From: Acidobacteriota bacterium
GTDB lineage: Bacteria > Acidobacteriota > Thermoanaerobaculia > Gp7-AA8
Assembly (NCBI GenBank): GCA_019244185.1
Contig: JAFATB010000006.1
Span: 256,001-320,000 of the forward strand
DNA length: 64,000 bases
Direction: 5' to 3'
In this document: positions 54,424-64,000 of the stretch, piece after piece
Position numbering within the stretch: the stretch's first letter is position 1
Layout: every line of letters starts with the position of its first letter
Made by a program: the position numbers and the translations under genes
The notes under the pieces: model-generated
The model's input: the letters and a program-made list of their open reading frames with translations, nothing else
Databases searched by the model: none
What the model was told of the DNA's origin: nothing

Positions 54424-56898
54424 TCAGCGGCCGTTGTCCCCGAAGATGCGCCGCAGCAAACGCCGGATCGAGTTCTCTTTTTCCTTCGCCTTCTTCTTCT
54501 GCTCCTCGGCACGCCGCGCCGCGTCGGCCGCGTCCGAGACCGGCGGCGGCGGTGGCAGCGTGCGCTCGCCCGTCAGCACCGGCGGCTCCGGCCAGAACGG
54601 ACTCGGCTCGCCGCTGCCGGCGTGCAGCGGACAGACCGACTGCGGCTCGGTGCCGGCGACGAAGACTTCGCTGCGCGTCTGCGGGCAATACGGCGTGGCG
54701 AGCATGCCCGACTCCGGGTCGATCTCGCGCGTGGTTACGTCCTCGGGGCGCCGCCAGTCGACGTCCGGCACCGCGCCGTCGATGCGGTTCATGTGGCGCG
54801 TCCAGATCGGCAGGCACGCGTCGCCGCCCGCGAGGCGCACGCTGTGGCCGTCGTCGAAGCCGATCCAGATCAGCGACAGGATGCGCGGCGAGTAGCCGAT
54901 GATCCACGCGTCGCGATAGTTGCTCGTCGTGCCGGTCTTGCCGGCGTACGCGCGCGTCACGCCGAGCGAATGCGCGCGGCCCGCGGTGCCGTACGTGAAG
55001 ACGTCCTTGAGGATGTCGTTCATCACGTAGCAGACCGACGCGGGCGCGACGCGCTTCATCTTCACGTTGCGCGTTTCGAGGAGTTGGCCGTCGCGCGTGA
55101 CGACGGCGAGGATCGACACCGGTTCTGCTTTCACGCCGAGGTTGGCGAAGACGGAGTAGGCGTAGGCGATCTCGAGCGGCGTGACTTCGAACGAGCCGAG
55201 CGCCATCGACGGATACGGCTCGAGCTTCGACTCGACGCCGATCGCGGTCGCGGTCTTGATCACGTTCGGCACGCCCGCATCGATCGCCGCGCGCACCGCG
55301 GGGATGTTGTACGAATGCGCGAGCGCCTCGCGCACGGTGACGCGGCCGTGGAAGCGGTTGTCGTAATTCTGCGGACGCCACACCGCGGCGCCGGCCTGAA
55401 TCGCGATCGGCGAGTCGTCGAGCACCGTCGACGCGGTGAGCGCCTGCTCGTGCCGCGCGGGATCCATCGCCGTCACGTAGACGAACGGCTTGAAGAGCGA
55501 TCCCGGCTGGCGGCGCGCCTGAATGGCGCGGTTGAACTGCGTCTTCGAGTAATTGCGTCCGCCGACGAGCGCCTTCACGTAGCCGGTGCCCGGCTGGATC
55601 GTGACGATCACGCCTTCGAGCGGCGTGTCGGACTTCTTGATGTGCTTGTAGCGCTTCGTGAGATCGCCGATGCCGTAGTCGAGCGCCTCTTCGGCGGAGC
55701 GCTGCATGATCGTGTCGAGGGTCGTGAAGATGCGCAGGCCTTCGGTCTTCAGCTGCGTCTCGGGATACGTCTCGCGCAGTTGCTTGAGCACGAGGTCCAC
55801 GAAGAACGGCGCGCTGCGCGACGTCTTCGGAAAGCGCGCGGTCGCGAGCGGCGAGGCCGCGGCCTCTTCGAACTCGCGGTCGCTGATCTTCTGCTGGTCG
55901 TGCATCAGCTTCAGCACGACGTCGCGACGCGGCTTCGCGCGCTCCGGATACTTGAGCGGCGAGAGCATGTTCGGCGAGTGGATCATCCCCGCCAGCGTCG
56001 CCGCCTCGGGCAGCGTCAGATACGTCACGTGCTTGCCGAAGTAGACCTGCGACGCCTGCTCGACGCCGATGATCTGCACCGAGCCGTTCTGCCCGAGGTA
56101 GATCTCGTTGAGGTAGGCCTCGAGGATTTCGTTTTTCGAGTAGCGCGCCTCGAGCAGCACCGCCATCAGCGCCTCGTGCGCCTTGCGGCGGAACGTGCGC
56201 TGCGGATTGAGAAAGAGATTCTTCACGAGCTGCTGCGTGAGCGTCGAGCCGCCTTCCGCGAGCGACTTGCTGCGCAGATCGTTGACCAGCGCGCGCAGCG
56301 TGCCGCGGATGGAGATGCCCTGATGCGAATAGAAGCTGCGATCTTCGGTGGCGATGATCGCGTCGATCAGCACTTTCGGGACGGCTTCGACGGAGACCGG
56401 CACGCGGTCTTCCATCTCGTTGTTGTAGATCGACGTGATCAGCTCCGGCTCGAGCCGCACGCCGCGCAGCGTCACGCCGTCGGTGAGGCGCTTCACGCCG
56501 CGGATCGTCGTCGCGCCGTCCATCTCCACGAGCACCGGCATGGCGTGGAACTCCATGTCCGGATACTCGAAGTTGTTGAGATAGAGCTCGAGATCGTCGC
56601 CGGCGTAGCGGTACTCGCCGGGATTCTCGACGCGCTTGTGCACCTCGTGATAGCCGACGTGGTTGAGCTTCGGCTCGAGCAGCGCGCGCGGATAGCGCAT
56701 GCCGGGGACGAGCGGCGTGGCGTCGGAGTAGACGCGGCTCGGCAGATCCCAGCGCCGCGACGAATCGAACTTCTTCGTGATGACGATGTACGTGTAGCCG
56801 ACGAAGCCGATGAACGCGACGAACAGCGCCATCGCGACCATGGCCAGGCCGGCGGAATGCCGCCAGAGGAAGTCCTTGAAGCGGGATCGATTGGCCAT
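54424..56898 (-). CDS. mrcB: Class A penicillin-binding protein (PBP1b-like, with UB2H-like region)
   Basis: TG motifs EDRSFYSHQG, GGSTLTQQLVKN, RK..E and KNEILEAYLN; TP motifs SLFK, SYN and KTG. Confidence 0.85.
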   Translation of the reverse strand: MANRSRFKDFLWRHSAGLAMVAMALFVAFIGFVGYTYIVITKKFDSSRRWDLPSRVYSDATPLVPGMRYPRALLEPKLNHVGYHEVHKRVENPGEYRYAGDDLELYLNNFEYPDMEFHAMPVLVEMDGATTIRGVKRLTDGVTLRGVRLEPELITSIYNNEMEDRVPVSVEAVPKVLIDAIIATEDRSFYSHQGISIRGTLRALVNDLRSKSLAEGGSTLTQQLVKNLFLNPQRTFRRKAHEALMAVLLEARYSKNEILEAYLNEIYLGQNGSVQIIGVEQASQVYFGKHVTYLTLPEAATLAGMIHSPNMLSPLKYPERAKPRRDVVLKLMHDQQKISDREFEEAAASPLATARFPKTSRSAPFFVDLVLKQLRETYPETQLKTEGLRIFTTLDTIMQRSAEEALDYGIGDLTKRYKHIKKSDTPLEGVIVTIQPGTGYVKALVGGRNYSKTQFNRAIQARRQPGSLFKPFVYVTAMDPARHEQALTASTVLDDSPIAIQAGAAVWRPQNYDNRFHGRVTVREALAHSYNIPAVRAAIDAGVPNVIKTATAIGVESKLEPYPSMALGSFEVTPLEIAYAYSVFANLGVKAEPVSILAVVTRDGQLLETRNVKMKRVAPASVCYVMNDILKDVFTYGTAGRAHSLGVTRAYAGKTGTTSNYRDAWIIGYSPRILSLIWIGFDDGHSVRLAGGDACLPIWTRHMNRIDGAVPDVDWRRPEDVTTREIDPESGMLATPYCPQTRSEVFVAGTEPQSVCPLHAGSGEPSPFWPEPPVLTGERTLPPPPPVSDAADAARRAEEQKKKAKEKENSIRRLLRRIFGDNGR

Positions 56899-56928
56899 CA
56901 GGTTCGTCCGTCAGCGTAACAAACAACG

Positions 56929-56954
56929 AAGGCGGCCGGATGCCCGGCCGCCTT
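56929..56954 (-). terminator. Intrinsic terminator after rho
   Basis: AAGGCGGCCGG-ATGC-CCGGCCGCCTT, followed on the minus strand by a T-rich tail (CGTTGTTTGTT). Confidence 0.7.
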
Positions 56955-56983
56955 GGGGAAGGCAAACGTCTGGTCGCGCGGCG

Positions 56984-58543
<1,560 letters not shown>

Positions 58544-58558
58544 GGTGTCCTCGGCTTC

Positions 58559-59140
58559 TCAGAGTCGCGCGACGATCTCGCGCCGGATCTCGTCGATTCC
58601 TTTTTTCGTTACGGCCGACGCCGCGATCAGTTGCGCGTCGTCGACTTCGAGTGTTCGTGCAATCTCCCGCCGCTGCGTGGCGAGCTGGTTGTTGGATAGC
58701 TTGTCGCTCTTGGTCAGCACGATGCGCTCGTCGACGTCCGTCAGCGCGCGTGCCCACTCGTGCATCGTCAGGTCCTGTTCGGCCGGTTCGCGCCGGACGT
58801 CGAGCAGCAGAAAGATCAGCCGCAGGTCCTCGGCTTCCTCGAGGTATCCGCGGATCAGGTCACCCCACGTGCGCAGGACGCTTTTCGGCACCTTCGCGTA
58901 GCCGTAGCCCGGGAGGTCGACCAGATAAAACTTTTCGTTGATGAGATAGAACTGAATCGCCTGGGTCTTGCCGGGCGTCTGGCTGACGCGGGCAATGCCC
59001 TTGCGATGAAGCACGGCATTGATCAGCGACGACTTGCCGACGTTCGATCGACCCACCATCGCGAACTGCGGTCTGCGATCGCGCGGAAAATCGCCAGGGT
59101 GGTACGCCGCCCGAGAAAACGTGACTGACCGGATGTCCAC
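58559..59140 (-). CDS. engB: Ribosome biogenesis GTPase EngB (YihA/YsxC)
   Basis: GRSNVGKSS, SQTPGKT, DLPGYG and TKSDK. Confidence 0.95.
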   Translation of the reverse strand: MDIRSVTFSRAAYHPGDFPRDRRPQFAMVGRSNVGKSSLINAVLHRKGIARVSQTPGKTQAIQFYLINEKFYLVDLPGYGYAKVPKSVLRTWGDLIRGYLEEAEDLRLIFLLLDVRREPAEQDLTMHEWARALTDVDERIVLTKSDKLSNNQLATQRREIARTLEVDDAQLIAASAVTKKGIDEIRREIVARL

Positions 59141-59261
59141 GCGAATTGTACTTGCTGGTTTGCTGAACTACGGATATCCGGCGATGCGGATATTTGAGAA
59201 AAGCCGGTGTGGCGAACTGCGAAGGAAACCTGAAGATCTGACTTGTCGGTGAACGCGGGAG

Positions 59262-59290
59262 ATTGTGAGGATATTCGCCCGCGCTGTCAA
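59262..59290 (-). promoter_or_regulatory. Sigma70 promoter for engB-rho
   Basis: Minus strand reads TTGACA-N17-CACAAT, just downstream of the lon terminator. Confidence 0.75.
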
Positions 59291-59304
59291 TGAACGGTGT
59301 TGTG

Positions 59305-59331
59305 AAAACGGCGGGCCGGAGCCCGCCGTTT

Positions 59332-59332
<1 letters not shown>
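59305..59332 (-). terminator. Intrinsic terminator after lon
   Basis: AAAACGGCGGGC-CGGA-GCCCGCCGTTTT at the lon stop. Confidence 0.85.
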
Positions 59333-61728
<2,396 letters not shown>

Positions 61729-61777
61729 GTTCGTGTCTCTTATACAGCGGTGAGGGGGCAAATGCTTCCCGATACAG

Positions 61778-61805
61778 GAAGGGCCGCGTGAAGCCGCGGC
61801 CCTTC
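61778..61805 (-). terminator. Hairpin or possible terminator between clpX and lon
   Basis: GAAGGGCCGCG-TGAAGC-CGCGGCCCTTC; the U tract is weak. Confidence 0.55.
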
Positions 61806-61830
61806 GCTCGGATGAACAACTTCGTATTCC

Positions 61831-63081
<1,251 letters not shown>

Positions 63082-63186
63082 TTCCGATTGGGTCCTTTTT
63101 GTGAGCTCGTCGAAGAGATTGAACTCCTCGGCGTCGCCCAAGTCAACTCGGCCCCGGCGAGGCGCATTCCACGCGAGGAAGAGCCC

Positions 63187-64000
63187 TCAGCGCGGCAGCA
63201 CCGAACGCCGCCGTGGCGGCGACGGAATGTCGATGCTCCACAAGCCCCGGCTCCAGACCGAGGCCCACAGCGTCGACGTGCCCGGAGCGAATTGCAGTTG
63301 CGGAATGCGCGCGCTTCCGGCGATCCCGTCCGCCTGCACCCACGTCGCGCCACCGTCCGCCGTACCGTACAGTCCGGAGCTCCCTCCGACGAACCAATAG
63401 TCCGCGCGCCGCGGATGCCGCGCGAAGTCGAGCAGCCCGCCGCCACCGATGCCGTTTCGCCATGCGACCGGCGCGGTGGCGGTCGCATCCTTCCACGTCG
63501 CGCCGCCGTCGCGCGAGACCTGCAGCGACTTCGTGAGCAGCACGTACAGCGTCTTCGGATCGTCCGCATCGACGACGACTTTCACGAGCGGACCGAGACT
63601 GCGGTCGAACTGCGCGACGCGCGTCCACTCCGGCGCGTCCGCGAGCGCGTTGCGCGTGCGATACAGCTCGCGCGTGCTGTCGCCGGTGTAGACGACGTTC
63701 GAGTCGCCGGGCTGCACCGCGATCGCTGCCATCGCGATCTCGCCGCTGTACGTGCGGACCGTCGTGATCTTCCGCGGCAGCGCGCTCTGGATGCCGTCGA
63801 GCCGCAGGAGCTGCGAGCTGCCGATGAACATGCGCGACGATTCATTCGGATCGATCGTCCAGGCGGCGTAGAACGGATCCGTCCCGCTGCGCCGCGAATC
63901 CGCGAAGATCGTCTGCGGCGGCCACTTCGTGACGACCGCGCCCGGCGTCGCACCGAAGCCGAAGATCGAGACAAAGTACGCGCGGTCGTCGAGCGGATCG
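63187..64000 (-). CDS. C-terminal part of a secreted BNR/Asp-box (beta-propeller) protein; runs off the window end
   Basis: The frame is open to 64000. It has Asp-boxes SRDGGATW and TADGGATW, then W.RGLW, and ends in PPRRRSVLPR. Confidence 0.75.
   Translation of the reverse strand, partial: DPLDDRAYFVSIFGFGATPGAVVTKWPPQTIFADSRRSGTDPFYAAWTIDPNESSRMFIGSSQLLRLDGIQSALPRKITTVRTYSGEIAMAAIAVQPGDSNVVYTGDSTRELYRTRNALADAPEWTRVAQFDRSLGPLVKVVVDADDPKTLYVLLTKSLQVSRDGGATWKDATATAPVAWRNGIGGGGLLDFARHPRRADYWFVGGSSGLYGTADGGATWVQADGIAGSARIPQLQFAPGTSTLWASVWSRGLWSIDIPSPPRRRSVLPR

Noticed and set aside
61734-61746. TGTCTCTTATACA matches 13 nt of the Tn5 mosaic end / Nextera adapter
   Set aside because: The match stops before CATCT and the clpX-lon order is intact on both sides. 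It more likely reads as a TATAAG -10 element before lon.

Overview
A GC-rich, gene-dense bacterial chromosomal segment, most likely from an Acidobacteriota, probably Thermoanaerobaculia. This placement is inferred from a duplicated MacB/FtsX (ADOP-type) permease, a TIGR02999-type ECF sigma next to a Ser/Thr kinase, and secreted proteins with basic R-x-R-A/S-V C-terminal tails. The right third is housekeeping: clpX-lon-engB-rho, a PBP1b-like gene, mlaEFD, ugd-uxs, purA and kbl. The left two thirds are accessory. They hold the start of a TonB receptor with a perfect 8-1-8 operator, a fulvocin C-like 8-Cys bacteriocin candidate with a small membrane partner, and head-to-head 5'-truncated fragments of an SDR and an anti-phage dCTP deaminase followed by an unannotated 53-aa ORF. 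They also hold a JmjC/MFS/FabH/803-aa orphan Rossmann cluster, a LysR-flanked efflux/reductase/hydrolase unit, a 175-bp REPIN-like hairpin with a diverged second copy, large HYR and DUF11 surface proteins, and an ECF-kinase module. I saw no rRNA, tRNA, CRISPR array, transposase or integrase. All family calls come from motif recognition by eye; no database search was run.
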